Source: Squalus acanthias
Lineage: Eukaryota
NCBI GenBank assembly: GCA_030390025.1
Contig: JASTWF010000070.1
Location: forward strand, 434,001 to 498,000
Direction: 5' to 3'
DNA length: 64,000 nt
Positions 1 to 12,799 of the stretch are shown here, piece after piece; position 1 is the stretch's first letter, and every line of letters starts with the position of its first letter. The notes under the pieces are model-generated. The model saw only the letters and a program-made list of their open reading frames with translations, was not told where the DNA came from and did no database searches. The translations under genes were made by a program, and so were the position numbers.

Positions 1-1289
1 TTTTTATTTAAATCTATTTGTGCCTGATTTAATTATTACAATCTTAAACCTTTAATATAAAAATGTTTAAAGGCTAATTAGAGTTTCTGTTCAGGGAAGG
101 TTCCAAGATTCCGAAGATTTTTGCGATAATGAATATTTAGTCTGTGTTCTACCCCAGAAAAATGAGGAGCGGTTTGTAGAGATACGGATCAGCTGTTGCA
201 ATTCGGCCGGAATCGTTCTGATAACGCGCTGTTACTCTCCGATATACTGCATCAGATATTAAAATAATCTTTTCCCACTAAAATAAATATTTCATAATAG
301 ACTGCCGTCCGCTACTCTAAATCAGCAGCAAGACAACCCTGGATTCGTCAATCCCTTTAAAATTGAGGTTTCAATTGACAAATATGATTTGGGCCTCAGT
401 CTTTAAAGAATTTCTGATGAGAATATTCCTGAGGCGGTGTAAAGAGCTAATTAGGTGAATGAGAAAGAGGGAAAGAAAGCGGCATTTTACACCCTGCCAC
501 AGATTAAAGAGAAGTTGTTCTGTTATAGTCTGAATCATCCCCTTTAAAACTAACGCGAGCAAATAAAACTCGGCACAATATTAATAAAATGACACCTTGC
601 CTTTAATTTGCTGCGGGTCCGATGAATGCGCGCAGTTCCCGTTTTAAACCCTGTTCCAGTTGAATTATTAAGCGGCGGGGTCAGTTGTTTCTGGGGCTCT
701 GTGATGTTGAACACTTCCCCTGTTTGGAGTCAATCACTAACTCCCCACACTGAGTCTTGGTTCATATTTTTAAAAGTCAGATTGAAGCTGGTTGGTGTCA
801 GTTACTTGAGGGCAAAAGAAAAATGTAGCAATTTGTTAATAAATGTGTTGGCTCCAGATATTAGCGTGAATAATATTTTCTGTTTAATAAATATCTGAAT
901 TGTGTATCTGTGAAGTTAGGTATTCCCCTGTTTCTTAGAAAAACACACAGAGCGGCCGGAGGGATCCTCGTCCCCTGGAGTAGCCGGCATTGAATTCGGG
1001 CAGGGATTGGTTCTCACCTGGACAAGGGGCTTTTCATTAAAGCCCAGGTGCTTTGTTCTGTTTCTGCGCTTGAACTGATCACTAATTCCTCTGGTCTGTT
1101 AGAATTATTAAAGGGGCTTTGGTGCTGTGACTGGAGCTGCTCTCTCAACCTTGCACAGTTCCCAAGAGCTTTGTCACTGCTGACACTGACACGGCTGACT
1201 GGAGAACCAATCATTGCAGTGCACTAGCCACACCGCGCACTGCACCTTGGGAACTGTAGTTCCACATTGGGCAATAGTCAAGATCAGCG

Positions 1290-2170
1290 TGTCTGTTGAC
1301 ACCACTGTGTCAGCTCTACCTCACCACCACCTCCTCGACTCCTCCAATCTCTCCAAACTGTCACACTGCCTGTCCAGCATCCAGTACTGGATGAGCAGAA
1401 ATGTCCTCCATTGCCTTTGGTCCCCGCCACAAATTGCGATCGCTCACCACTGACTCCATCCCTCTCCCTGGTAAATCTCTGAGGCTGAACCAGACAGTTC
1501 GCAAACTTGATGTCATATCTGAGATGAGCTTCCGACCACATATCTGTGCCATCACTAAGACAGCGTATTTCCACCTCCATAACATCGCCCAACTCCGTCC
1601 TGCCTCAGCTCACCTGCTGCTGAAAGCCTCATCCATGCCTTTGTTACTTCCAGACGTGACTATTCCAATGCACTCTTTGGACTCCTCCCACTTTCTACAC
1701 TCCGTCAACTTGAGGTCCTTCAAAACTCTGCTGCCAGTGTCTGAACTCGCACCAAGTCCCCTTCACCCATCACCCCTGTGCTCACTGCCCTACATTGGCT
1801 CCCGGATAAGCAACTTCTCAATTTTAAAAATCTGGTCTTTGTTTTCAAATCCCTCCATGATCTCGCCCCCCTCCCTAGCTCGGTAACCTCCTCCAGCCAT
1901 ACAACCCTCCGAGATCTCTGCACTCCTCCAATTCTCCCCGATTTTATTTGCTCCACCATTGGCGGCCGAGTTTTCAGTTATCAATGCCAAAAGCTCTGGA
2001 ACGTCTCCGCCCCTCTACCGGACTTTCCCCTTTAAGAAGCTCCTCAAAATCTTTCTCCTTGACCATGCTTTTGTTCACCTGTCCTAATGTCTCCTTATGT
2101 GGATCAGTGTCCTATTAGATGACGTTCCTGTGAAGCACTTTGTCAAGTATTATGAAGTTAAAGGTGATCC
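1290..2170 (+). mobile_element. L2-type LINE 3-prime fragment (paralog at ~16630-17595)
   Basis: HICAITKTAYFHLHNIAQLRP, LHWLP motifs. Confidence 0.8.
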
Positions 2171-2177
2171 GTTGACG

Positions 2178-2630
2178 CTGTGGCTCAGAGGGTCGCACCC
2201 TCGCCTGAGTCAAGACAGTTCAAGTGCTCACTCCGTGAGACTCGAGCACAAAATTCCATGCTGACACTCCCATTGCAGTACTGAGGGAGCGCTGCACTGT
2301 CGGAGGTGCCGTCTTTTAGATGAAACGTTAAATCGAGGCGCCGTGGATGTACAAGAACCCACAGCAACTTTTTCGAAGAAGAGCAGGGGATACCTCCCCG
2401 GTGTCCTGAGGCCAATATTTATCCCTCAATCAATATCACTAAAACAGATGCTTTGGTCATTATCACATTGCTGTTTGTGGGAGCTTGCTCTGTGCAAATT
2501 GGCTACCGCAATTGCAACATTGCAACAGTGACTACACTTCAAAAAGTAATTAATTGGCTGTGAAGCGCGTTGGGATGTCCAGTGGTCGTTAAATGGGCTA
2601 TATCAATACAAGTTATTGTTGTTGTTGCTG
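2178..2630 (+). mobile_element. DeuSINE (SacSINE1-like); further copies at ~18615-19005 and ~23330-23795
   Basis: GCAGTACTGAGGGAGCGCTGCACTGTCGGAGGTGCCGTCTTT core. Confidence 0.7.
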
Positions 2631-4628
2631 TTGGAGGCAGGGCGGGGCTTAAGACAGGACTCACAGCAAACAGTCTATCTTACAGCAAACAAACTATATT
2701 TACTCAGCAAACAGATTCTATTTAAATAGCGCATTACACCAAACAGTCTACAGAGTCTAATTAAAAAGAGTCGCTTCGAACTACAGCAAACAGAACTCAT
2801 GACCGAATCTACAGCAACCTCTTCCGGTAAAAGCTGGGTGATTTCTCCCGCAAAATGCAGTGATAGTGACACAATACAAATTATGTGAGTAAAAAAGGTT
2901 ACTGTTACATATTTAGGTGTTACCCAGGTGAGTATTTCTTTTTTTACACTATTAGTTTTTGACAGTATTTATCAGACTACCCAGTGCCATATTTCAGCTG
3001 AATACATCACATCTACTCACATAGAAGTAAATTGTGCAGGAGAAATGTAGCAATGGGGAAGTGGGCATGTACTAAATCATCACAACCGGAAATTAATATT
3101 GAAAGAAGGAAACGTGAAGAATTATTAATTATAACGAGTAAAGTGCGGCTTTCTGGAAACATGTTGACATTGTTTATAGCTCCATTTCAGTTAGTATAGT
3201 GAGGGCAGGAACAGAGAGACCTGGGGTTCAGGGATACAAATCTTTGAAGGTCGCAGGACTAGCTGCGAAAACATTTAAAATAGAGGCATAGGTAACAAAA
3301 GCAAGGACGTTATGCTAAACCTTAATAAACACTGGTTAGGCCTCAGCTGGAGTATTGAGGCCATTTCTGAGCACCATACTTTAAGAAGGATGTCAAGGCC
3401 TTGGAGAGTGTGCAGAGGAGACTTACTAGAATGGTACCAGGGATCAGGGACTTCACTTATGTGGAGAGACTGGAGAGGCTGGGATTGTTCTCCTTAGAGC
3501 AGAGAAGGATAAGGGGAGATTTCCATGCTGGGTTTCCTGAGCACCGGGAAACTCGGCTCGCAGCCGTTAAACATAAATCAGGCTCCCAACTGCACTGTGG
3601 GAACCTGATTTAAATATTATAATGATTATTCCCGCCTGAGACCTTAAATATGGCTGCAGGAGCTTTTTGCGGTGGGTTGCTGTGGCATTACCCCATTGTT
3701 ATATTTAACTCCCCACTCCATCCTGCCCATCTTATTCCCATCCAATCCTCCAATACAGTTCCCAGGTCATCTTGAGTTCAGGAATGAATTGCTAGGTCAA
3801 TGACGTATTCTAAGAGCACTATATGTATGTTACAGAGCATCAACAGCAGGTTGCATTAATATAGCGCCTTTAACGTGGTAAAACGTCCCAAGGCGCTTCA
3901 CAGGAGCGCTTAACAAACAAAATTTGACACCGATCCACATAAGGAGATATTGGGACAGGTAAGCAAAAGCTTGCTCGGAGAGGTGGGTTTTAAGGAGGGT
4001 CTTAAAGGTGGAGAGAGGCGGAGAGCTTTAGAGAAGGGGTTGGGACAGATTGGGATCCACACATTCTCGCTCCCAACAGCTAAAAGTTGAAATGTTCAGA
4101 ACTTTGCGGGGGAATCGAACAGGTGGAGCACTTTAAGTGACAGGAGTGTCATTCCGCCGCATTCACACCTCCAGGACTGTCCTTTCGCTTTGGAGTCAAT
4201 GCCAAATCTTTGCTTACCTGGGCGGTTCCGGTGCGGGCGATGGCCATGGCGGGTCGCGAACCCGCTGCTGGCTCCATCCCGCTGTGGAAAATGAACTTAC
4301 CTTAATGGAGCCTATTGGAGCCCGCCCAGCGCGTTACCCGGCCCAATGAGATGGACTGGGGCTGGTGACCTCATTCATGACGCGTTTTCAGCCGGCATCT
4401 TTAAAGGAACCATGGTTACATTACATTTGAAGTTTAATCTAACATAGTGTTGTCGGTGCACTAAGGCTCGTGCGGGGGAGATGACAGCGGGATCCTGAAC
4501 CGCTCCCAAAAATAACAACTTTCCCACCCGACCCGGTACCGATCTGGCCCGCTATCACCCCGGAAAATTCCAGCTGAGTCTGTACCCAGCTCTAACCGAC
4601 TCCAACCTAAAGTCCAACAACACCCTTA

Positions 4629-6310
4629 GGGGGGAATTTTACACGGGTTCAGAGGGCGGGATCGATGGTGGGTTAGGTGGGAAAGTTTGTTTTTTACAGT
4701 GGTCGGATTCCCTCTGTCAACCCTCCACCACGCACCTTTACCAAATGTCTGCTCTGTCAGCGCTGAACAGACCCCACACGCAGCGGCGGGGGAGGCAATT
4801 CAGGTCATTATCACCTTGTTAACAGAGGAGTAACAACAACTTTGAGCTCGCCTTTAGAATTTACCAGCTCGCCAACGGGGTCCACGCTGCTGGGGCATCA
4901 CGTCTGTTCAGATGGGCGGGAGTTGAATGGCCATGGAATCATCTCATGACTTGTCATCTAGAAATGTGCTATAAAAGCTCCCATCTCACAGCTATTCACT
5001 TTCGAAGCACAAAAGCTGTTCCTTACTGTATTTGGAAGAGAGATTGAGCTTTATGCATGTTGTTAGTGTTTGGAGAAAACTCTCTATCAAGTGTCACCTC
5101 ATTAGAACAACCTCTTTCACCATTGACAGATTCCTTCTCTCATCTCAAGCTCACCTGCCAACTATTCCATCAGCATGGGTACGGTTTCTATTCTCTCACA
5201 TTGATCCTCAGAATCTGAGCACGATCAGCCGCAACACCAGCATCACCAGGCACACCAGCAGCAACTACAACAACACTAACCTTCTCCACAATCACCTGGT
5301 GCTGCACAGGACAGAGGGCATCAGCACCCGACCACATTGCTGCCCGGGACGCCAGGGATGTCCTCACCATGGCCAGATTTACTTCACTTGACGCTCCACA
5401 CCCATATGGCTGCCACATGATGCGCCAGGTTGGCACCACCCCACACCAACAACGTAAAGCAACCGTACAATGCCCAAGCCATTCCTTTCTCACTCATCAG
5501 CATTGCGGGAGTGGGGAGTACGATTATATTTCACCATTAACTGCAACTCACTAAGCCACTTTCAAAGGTTCACTCCAATCTCTGGAAGAACGTAAAGTGT
5601 TGAAAAAAAAGATTTCAATGTCTGACAGCACATTAGCAGATACTTCAAAAGAACATCAGCTAAAACACACAAGTTCCTACCCTTGTGTGTTGTTAGTTGG
5701 TATGACTGAACTTGGATAATGGTGAGTGTGACGGGTGGCTAGTGAGATGTGCAAGAGACAATGTAGATAGAGAGGGATGGGTGGAGGTGCACGGTAAATT
5801 GTTGTGTGTAAGGATATGCATGAGTAGGATAGGAAAGACAGAGTCATGGGGATGTGATGAGTGGCACAGCAGGATGAGGTTGAGATTGGCTTTGCATTAA
5901 CGTTTCATGTTCTACTGAGATCATTGAAAGGTTTGCGCCACTGAAGCCTGGTCCTCTTGACGATATCCCTGCTTGTGTCCTCCTGTGCACTGTGCAACCA
6001 GGCTGCGTTGGTCTCCTGGGGAGGTCTCTTTGGAAGGGAAATTAAGCTCCCTACGTGCTGTGGAGGGAGTCATGGGAGCGCCTGGGTGCAGTCTTGCACC
6101 TATGTGTAGTGCTTGTCAATGTTTGCAGCACCTCAATGCTGTCGGACACGAACAGCACAAATTTCAATGTATATTTGCGCATGGTCCCTTTAAGAAAACC
6201 GACGCAGCATCAAATGACGTCATCAGACCAGCTTTTTTCAATTGGCCGGGAAACTCGATCCGCGGGCTCATTATCTGTGATTTTCCGACCTGGATGAAGT
6301 CCCCTTTCAA
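4629..6310 (-). mobile_element. Decayed Harbinger-like element (Myb-like relic ~5900-6110)
   Basis: Reverse-complement similarity to 58100-59200 and direct similarity to 60682-62400. Confidence 0.55.
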
Positions 6311-7139
6311 TACTTGATTGAGCAACGGAAACAGATTGAGTTTTAGCAATCTCTTTCGCAATCTAATCCTAGAATCATGCGTGGCGCTCTTTAATGAATG
6401 GCCTGCAATGGATCAATTTCGCTTTTGAAGCTGAGCCGCCAAAGTGACACATCTGCTCTCACCACTGATCTACAGAAGCTTAAGGTTTGGAATTCAAACC
6501 ACGTGATGTGTGGTGTCGGAATAATCCTTATCCGTCACTTTAATATATGATGGTGGACCTAAGAGATAGAGAGATTAATAATCTTTATTCATCAATATAC
6601 TTATACAAACTATTTAATTATGCAAGGTAAGCACGGTGCTCGTACGTCAGCACGTTCATAGTACATGCGGTTATTACGTACGCACGCAGGGTTAATATAG
6701 AGCCATAACGGCACAGAAGGAGGCCATTCGGCCCATCGAGTCCGTGCCGGCTCTCTGTTGAGCAATCCAGTCGGTCCCATTCCCCCCCTCTATCCCCGTA
6801 GCCCTGCAAGTTTATTTCTCTCAAGTGCCTATCCAGTCTCCCATTGAAAACATTGAGTTTCTCCGCTTCCACCAATTCCGTCGGCAGCGAGTTCCAGGTC
6901 CTTATCACTCGCTGCGTAAAAATGTTTTCCCTCACATTCCCCCTGAATTTCTTGTCCAAAACCTTAAAGCTGTGTCCCATATGTAAGCTCGTTGGTGCTG
7001 AATATGCTACTGGCAGTCCCGCCTCCCCCACCACCCTTGCACATGCTCATTGGCGACATTCTCTGTCCTTTCTTCTCTGGACATTTCACATGTATGATTA
7101 ACCATATTCAGAATCCTTACTTGCTGATCTAGGAGCACA

Positions 7140-8350
7140 GGAACAGGAGTAGATCCACAGTGGATTACCTCACAATCCCCCACATTGAGCGACATCTGTA
7201 ATGTTTCACTCCACTCACAATCTGTAAATATCCCCTTCCAAATTGTTGCTCCGATCTGCACACGTTACTGTGCCTCCTAACTTAACACCACCTGCAAACT
7301 GGGATATACAACTCTCTATTCCTTCATCCAACTCATTAATATATACGGTGGAAAGATTGAGGCCCCAGAACAGATCCCTGGGGAACATCACATTCCACAT
7401 CCTGCCAATCTGAGTACCTCCTCTTTATCCCGACCCCTCTGTCTGTTACTTTCCACCCAAACTCCAACCCAAATCAAAAGGCTCCACCCAATTCTATGCG
7501 GTCTCAACTTGTCCAATAATCTTAAACGTGGAACCTTATTGAATGCCTTCTGTGAGTCTATATATATAACATCCATAGACACTCCTTTGTCTATCTGATT
7601 ACTGACCTCCTCAAGAAATGCAACTGGATTAGTCAGACATGATTTACCTTTAACAAAGCCATGCTGGCCCCCTCTGATCAGCTCATTTTTGCTTCAGTGC
7701 GCAGTCACTCTATCCTTAATGACAGATACTATTAACTTCCCCACAACTGATGTTAAACTGACAGGCCGGTAATTACCTCGTTTATCTCTCCCACCCTTCT
7801 TCAATAATCCAGTATCTGGAGCACTGTGTACAGGTTCTGGACACACCATCTCAGAAAGGATATACTGGAAGGAGTTCAGCGCAGATTCACCAGAATGTTA
7901 CCAGGGATCCAAAGTTTACAATACGAGGAGAGATTACAAAACTAGGCTTGTAATCCCTGGAATATCGAATGTTAAGCGGTGATTTGATTGAGGTTCTTAG
8001 GATTTTGAAAGGAATTAATAGGGTAGATGGCGAGACATTACTCCTCCGTTGGGGGTCGTCCAGAACAATGGGGCATAACCTTAAAATTAAGAAATCCAGT
8101 ACTGAATACAGGAGAAACATATTATACCCAGAGAGTGCTGAGAATGTGGAACTCACGAACATATGCAATAGTTGACTCGAATAGCAGAGAAGTATTTAAG
8201 GGGAAGCTCGATAAGTACTTCAGGGACAAAGGAATAGAAAGATATGTTGATGGACTGAGATGAACTAGGATGGGAGGAGGCTCGTGTGGCGCATAAACAG
8301 CGCCCTAAACCAGTTGGTCTGAATGGTCTGTTTGTGCTGTACATTCTATG
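7140..8350. mobile_element. CR1 fragments (minus ~7140-7800, plus ~7810-8350), duplicated at ~63130-64000
   Basis: RT motifs DVIYIDSQKAFNKVP and GDLIEVLRIL; colinear with the window end. Confidence 0.8.
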
Positions 8351-8420
8351 TAATCCACTCAATGTCCCTTTAAGTGCTAAGTAAAGACAGACCACTTTAA
8401 GCTCGTGGCAGCATTTCATG

Positions 8421-8426
8421 TTTATT
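8421..8426 (-). terminator. Polyadenylation signal of Ig lambda gene 1
   Basis: AATAAA on minus ~310 nt after the stop, conserved in gene 2 (51391-51396). Confidence 0.7.
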
Positions 8427-8734
8427 AAGAGCTGTGTTACACAAGTTCCCAATCACAATATGAGCACAGACTAAAGGGAAATCTGTCCCCATTCTACACA
8501 CAGCGAAAGTTTACACACACGATATTGGGGACATTTGTACAGAAAGTTCCATCTCACAAAGCTGGACAATCATTTCAGTCACTTCTGATATTATTAAACA
8601 TTCAGTTTTTGCCAAAAACTGAAATTGCTACAGCGATTACATTGCCAAAAAATGCGGATTGCACACATCGAATGATCTGTTTCATTACATTAAACACGAG
8701 CAAAAATCAAACACCACTGCCAACTCGCACCGCC

Positions 8735-9063
8735 TCAGTCGGAACACGAGGAGGCGCTGATGGTCTTGAGAAGAGGCGAGCTCAGGGAGCCGTGGCTGAC
8801 GCTGCAGGAATAGCTAGAGTCCTTGTTCCAGGCGGCGGCGGGGACTCTCAGGTAACTGCTCAGGCTGTAGGTTTGATCGCTGTCCGGGGACACGGCGCCT
8901 GTCGTCACCCCGCTGTCTGTCTCTTGGCCATCCACGCTCCAGCGGAGCCGCACCAAACCCGGCTTAAAGCGACTGACCAGGCAGGACAGAGTGGCCGATC
9001 CCGAGCCGATTTCTTCCGAGGAGGGAGGGAGGAGAAGAACCGAGGGGCTTCGATCATCGCTGC
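8735..9063 (-). CDS. IGL: Ig lambda constant exon (gene 1)
   Basis: SPSVLLLPPSSEEI..SATLSCLVSRFKPG..W..TYSLSSYLRVPAAAWNKDSSYSCSVSH..SSC: C1-set CL domain with C-terminal interchain Cys; acceptor ACACAG|. Confidence 0.95.
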
Positions 9064-12000
9064 CTGTGTGTGGGGGGAGAGAAAATTCATTAGTTTATGG
9101 AATCCGTCAGCAGTGGGACGCTCTGATCTGAAATCAAAGACGACAAAGAATCCCGAACAACATTCACTTTAAAATAAATTACTGATTAATACAGGAGTTC
9201 CAATAAATTCTTAAATCTCTAAGTCCTCTGCTCCTCTGCCAATTCATCTGCCTACATGACAAAAGTGACTTGGTTCAAACGTACTTCATTCTTTCTTTCT
9301 TTATTTCATTCTTCCTGAATTTTTTGGAAAATAAACAGAAAATGCTGGAAATACAGTCCGGGTCAGTCAGGATGTGTGAGGCGGAAAGATCAGTAACTGA
9401 CCAGTTCAGGTGCAGGTTACACCCCCAGAACCGCACTAACCTGTCTGTTCTCGTTCCAGAAACTTACCGTGTATTCACAGCATTGTCTGTTTTTATTTAA
9501 TTTCCTGTAATTGCATTTTTTTTTTGCTTTTTACTTCAATATAATAAAGCTTTTGATTGTCTTAAAATCCGTTCAGTGTTAACTTTAAAGAGGTGAATTC
9601 ACGGAGCTGTGAGCCGCTTTTCACCGAGAGTCCACATTATGTTCTGATATCTCAAACTGATGCAGCCCTTTCAAAGAGCCGCCACAGGCACGATGGGCCG
9701 AATGGCCTCCTTCTGTGCTGTATCATTCTATAAGAGCCCGGAAGTTTTTTTGCGATTCATCTTATTTTAGAATTGCGAGTTAGAAACTGATCTGCTTTAA
9801 ATTTTGCGGCGATGCTAGTTAAGCCGGGTCTGTTACCGGGTATTGAAGAGCTCACTGCATAAAGAGAGGACATTGTACACGGGCTGGCAATTAATGTAGT
9901 GACTCTGCCTAACAATATTCTAAATGCTTTACATGGAATTACACAGAATATGCAGCACAGAAACAGACAATCGTCCCAACCAATCCATGTCGGCGTTTAT
10001 GCTCCATCCAGACTCCTCCCAACCTTCCACATCTAACTCTATCAGCATATCCCTCTATTCCCTTCTCCCTCATGTGCTTATCTGGCCTCCCCTTAAATCT
10101 ATACTATTCGCCTCAATCAATCCGTGTTGTAGCGAATTCCACATTCTCACCACTCTCTGGGTAAAAAAATCCCTGTTTGATTTCTTGGTGTTATCTTATA
10201 TTGATGGCTCCTAGTTTTGATCTTCCCCACCAGTGGAAACATTCTCTCTGTGTCTACTCTGTCAAAATGTTTCATAATTTTAAAGACCTCTATTCGATCA
10301 CCCTTCAGACTTCTCTTTCCCCGGTTTGATGAAAAGTTTTCACTCTTCGATATTTCTAGTAAAAAGGGAACCAATGAATGTAAAAGATTCTCACTACAGA
10401 GGCAAGTAAGGATTCCTGCGGGTGAACTGATTTCTATCTCGGGATCAGCTCAGGCTCGCTGGTCGCGGAGCGATCCGTTCAACACTGGGCGGTAGCGCGA
10501 CCCGACAGATCAACCCAGGAGAATCGGCGCTATCACCGGGGGGACACTGGACAGGGAGAGACAGCAGACACAGCCTGGGGGAGTGGAGAGGGTCAGCAGC
10601 GAGAGAATCAGATGGAGAGAAAGTTCCCTTTCACAAGCCTCACCCAATCTCACTCACACACACGGGGCTGGTCAGTAATTGTCACTGCGCCGCTCCATGG
10701 TAAACAGCCGGTTCTGCTTTATAAACAGCGGGGAGATTGCAAATAATGAGCTCAGACAGATTAAATATCGGAACAGGAAATTCAGTATAAAATCAATCCC
10801 GTTAAACGAATACAATCCTGATTAGTCCCGGTGTTGCTGGCGACAGGGAGTCGATCCAACTGGTTGTGCGCTGGGACAGCGGGTCTCGGGAGGGTTCTCT
10901 CTCTCTCCCAGCCCAGAGCCTGACACCCGACGGCTGCGGTCAGGGGGACAATACGCCACGGCAATAAAACCAGCCGCAACATTGAAAGTTGTAAATGACG
11001 GTAAATGGGTTGGGATTGCCCCGGGGTCTCTCCCGCCGGCTCTATGCAATCTATTTAAAATCGGACGGTGCCGACTCTGGACAACAGGAATAATTGCTCA
11101 TACACAAAGAGAAGAAGTAAGGAATAACATAGAATCATACAGCACAGAAGGAGGCCATTCGGCCCATCGTGCCTGTGCCGGCTCTTTGAAGGAGCTCTCC
11201 AATTAGTCCCACTCCCCTGCTCTTTCCCCAGAGCCCTGCAATTTTCACCTGTTCAATTCTCAGTGTAACATAGTGACATATTCAGTGTCCACTGTCAGAA
11301 TTTCACAGTGTAGCTCACAACTTTCCTCTCTCTCTCTCTCTTTCTCTAGCCGCACCCGAATGATACCGGGGCTTAGAGGGTTAAATTACTTGGCCGGGTT
11401 GCATAAACTTGCCTTGTATTCCCTTGAGTTTAGAAGATTCAGCGGTGATCTGATCAAGGAGTTTAAAATGTGAAAAAGAATTCGATCGGGTAAACACAGA
11501 GAAACGATTTCCTCCGGTCGGGGAATCAAAACCAGGGGACATCAACTGAAAATTAGAGCCCGGCCATTTAGGAGGGAAGCACTTTTTCACACAGGCTCGC
11601 GAGGCTGACTGGCCTCCTCCTGTTCCTCTGTCACTATTTTATCAATCAATGCTCCTGTGAGGACATTCAGCCCATCGTGCTTGTGCCGGCTCTTTGAATA
11701 GAGCTATCCAATTATTCCCACTGCCCTGCTCTTTCCCTAAAGCCCTGCATTTATCCTTTTCAGATATTTATCCAATTCACTTTTGAAAGTTACTATTCAA
11801 TCTGCTTCCACCGCCCTTTCAGGCAGCGCGTTCCAGATCACAACAACTCGCTGCGTAAAAAGAACACTTCTCCTCATCTCCCCTATTGAATGGGGAAATA
11901 GTGTCAAACTTCATTTCAGCGCAGTATTATTCCCCGAGGCGCTTCAACAATTCCAATTCTGACCAGTTTAACATTTTTGGGGTATAAATAGATCCAACAT

Positions 12001-12659
12001 CAAAATTCAGTGAATGGAGATTTCTCTGGCGCCCGGGAATGAAAGCGACTGTAAATTAATAATAATTGAAACAACGTGAATGATAGAATGAGAGAGTCAC
12101 TTACTCTTTATACTCAGGACGGTCCCCGGTCCGAAGATGTATCCCGAGTCGAACACAGCACAGTAATAGACGGCGGAGTCACCGGGCACCAGGGTTCCGA
12201 TGGTCAGAATGTAACTGTTACCGGAGGCGTCTCTGGAAGGTTGAAAACGGTCTGTGAAGCCGCTGCCTCGTTTGATGGTGCCATCATGCTTGTGATATAT
12301 CACCCACACCGGAGCTTCCCCAGGTCGCTGTCGGTACCACCACACACTGTTGCTGCTCACATCCCATTTCTGCGTCGCACACTGTAACCGGGCGGTCTGA
12401 CCCGCGGAGACAGGATCGGATATTGGGAACTGATTGACGACGGGAACCGCCAGGACACCTTCAATAAAATATAAAAATTAACCCATTCAGAGACTTGGAG
12501 CAAATAGGATGTTAATGCCTCAATAAACACGGAGAGAAAACCGCCCGATTCTCGGTATTGAACCGATTTAGTTGCGGATAAACCCGTGACTAAAACCATC
12601 CGTCTCCCACCTGTTAAATGGATCAACAGAGCCCACAGGAGATGCATCGCTGGAGCCAT
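8735..12659 (-). CDS. IGL: Immunoglobulin lambda (type II/NS3-like) light chain gene, germline-joined VJ, intact; exons 12611-12659, 12105-12458, 8735-9063
   Basis: Three exons with GT/AG boundaries, all phase 1, splice into an open frame: leader MAPAMHLLWALLIHLTG, VJ domain, and CL domain ending SSCSD*. Octamer promoter upstream and AATAAA downstream. Confidence 0.93.
12105..12458 (-). CDS. IGL: Ig lambda pre-joined VJ exon (gene 1)
   Basis: VPVVNQFPISDPVSAGQTARLQC...WYRQRPGEAP...DRFQPSRDAS...DSAVYYCAVFDSGYIFGPGTVLSIK. V runs straight into the J motif FGxG with no RSS. Acceptor TTGAAG|, donor A|GTAAGT. Confidence 0.95.
12611..12659 (-). CDS. IGL: Ig lambda leader exon (gene 1)
   Basis: ATG at 12659, hydrophobic MAPAMHLLWALLIHLT, donor ACAG|GTGGGA. 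Confidence 0.9.
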
Positions 12660-12774
12660 TTCGTCCGGAGAAGTGCCAAAAGCCACCGCTCAAATTTCCA
12701 ACTGAACCGTCCGCTGTTCCTGTAAACTCCGGGCCCCGGTCCAGTTACAGTGTCTGCAAACCCGAGACTCCGGG

Positions 12775-12799
12775 TTTATTTATTACCCGGTATGCAAAT
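12775..12799 (-). promoter_or_regulatory. Light-chain promoter: octamer ATTTGCAT (12792-12799) and AT-rich TATA-like element
   Basis: ATTTGCAT in light-chain orientation ~135 nt upstream of the ATG, followed by TAATAAATAAA. Confidence 0.85.

Larger units (their letters stand above)
1..8100. repeat. Segmental-duplication spacer of the lambda array (homologous to ~12850-17780 and ~56105-64000)
   Basis: Colinear unique sequence and shared old repeats. Confidence 0.85.

Noticed and set aside
626-898. ORF repeated at 56484-56768
   Set aside because: Similarity is explained by segmental duplication; the third copy (~13920-14290) is frameshifted
8525-9172. 215-aa plus-strand ORF (and 51580-51954)
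   Set aside because: Antisense shadow of the lambda C exon
11304-11345. CACAGTG heptamer in the J-C intron as an RSS
   Set aside because: No nonamer at 12 or 23 spacing, and it is changed to CACAGTC in the paralog
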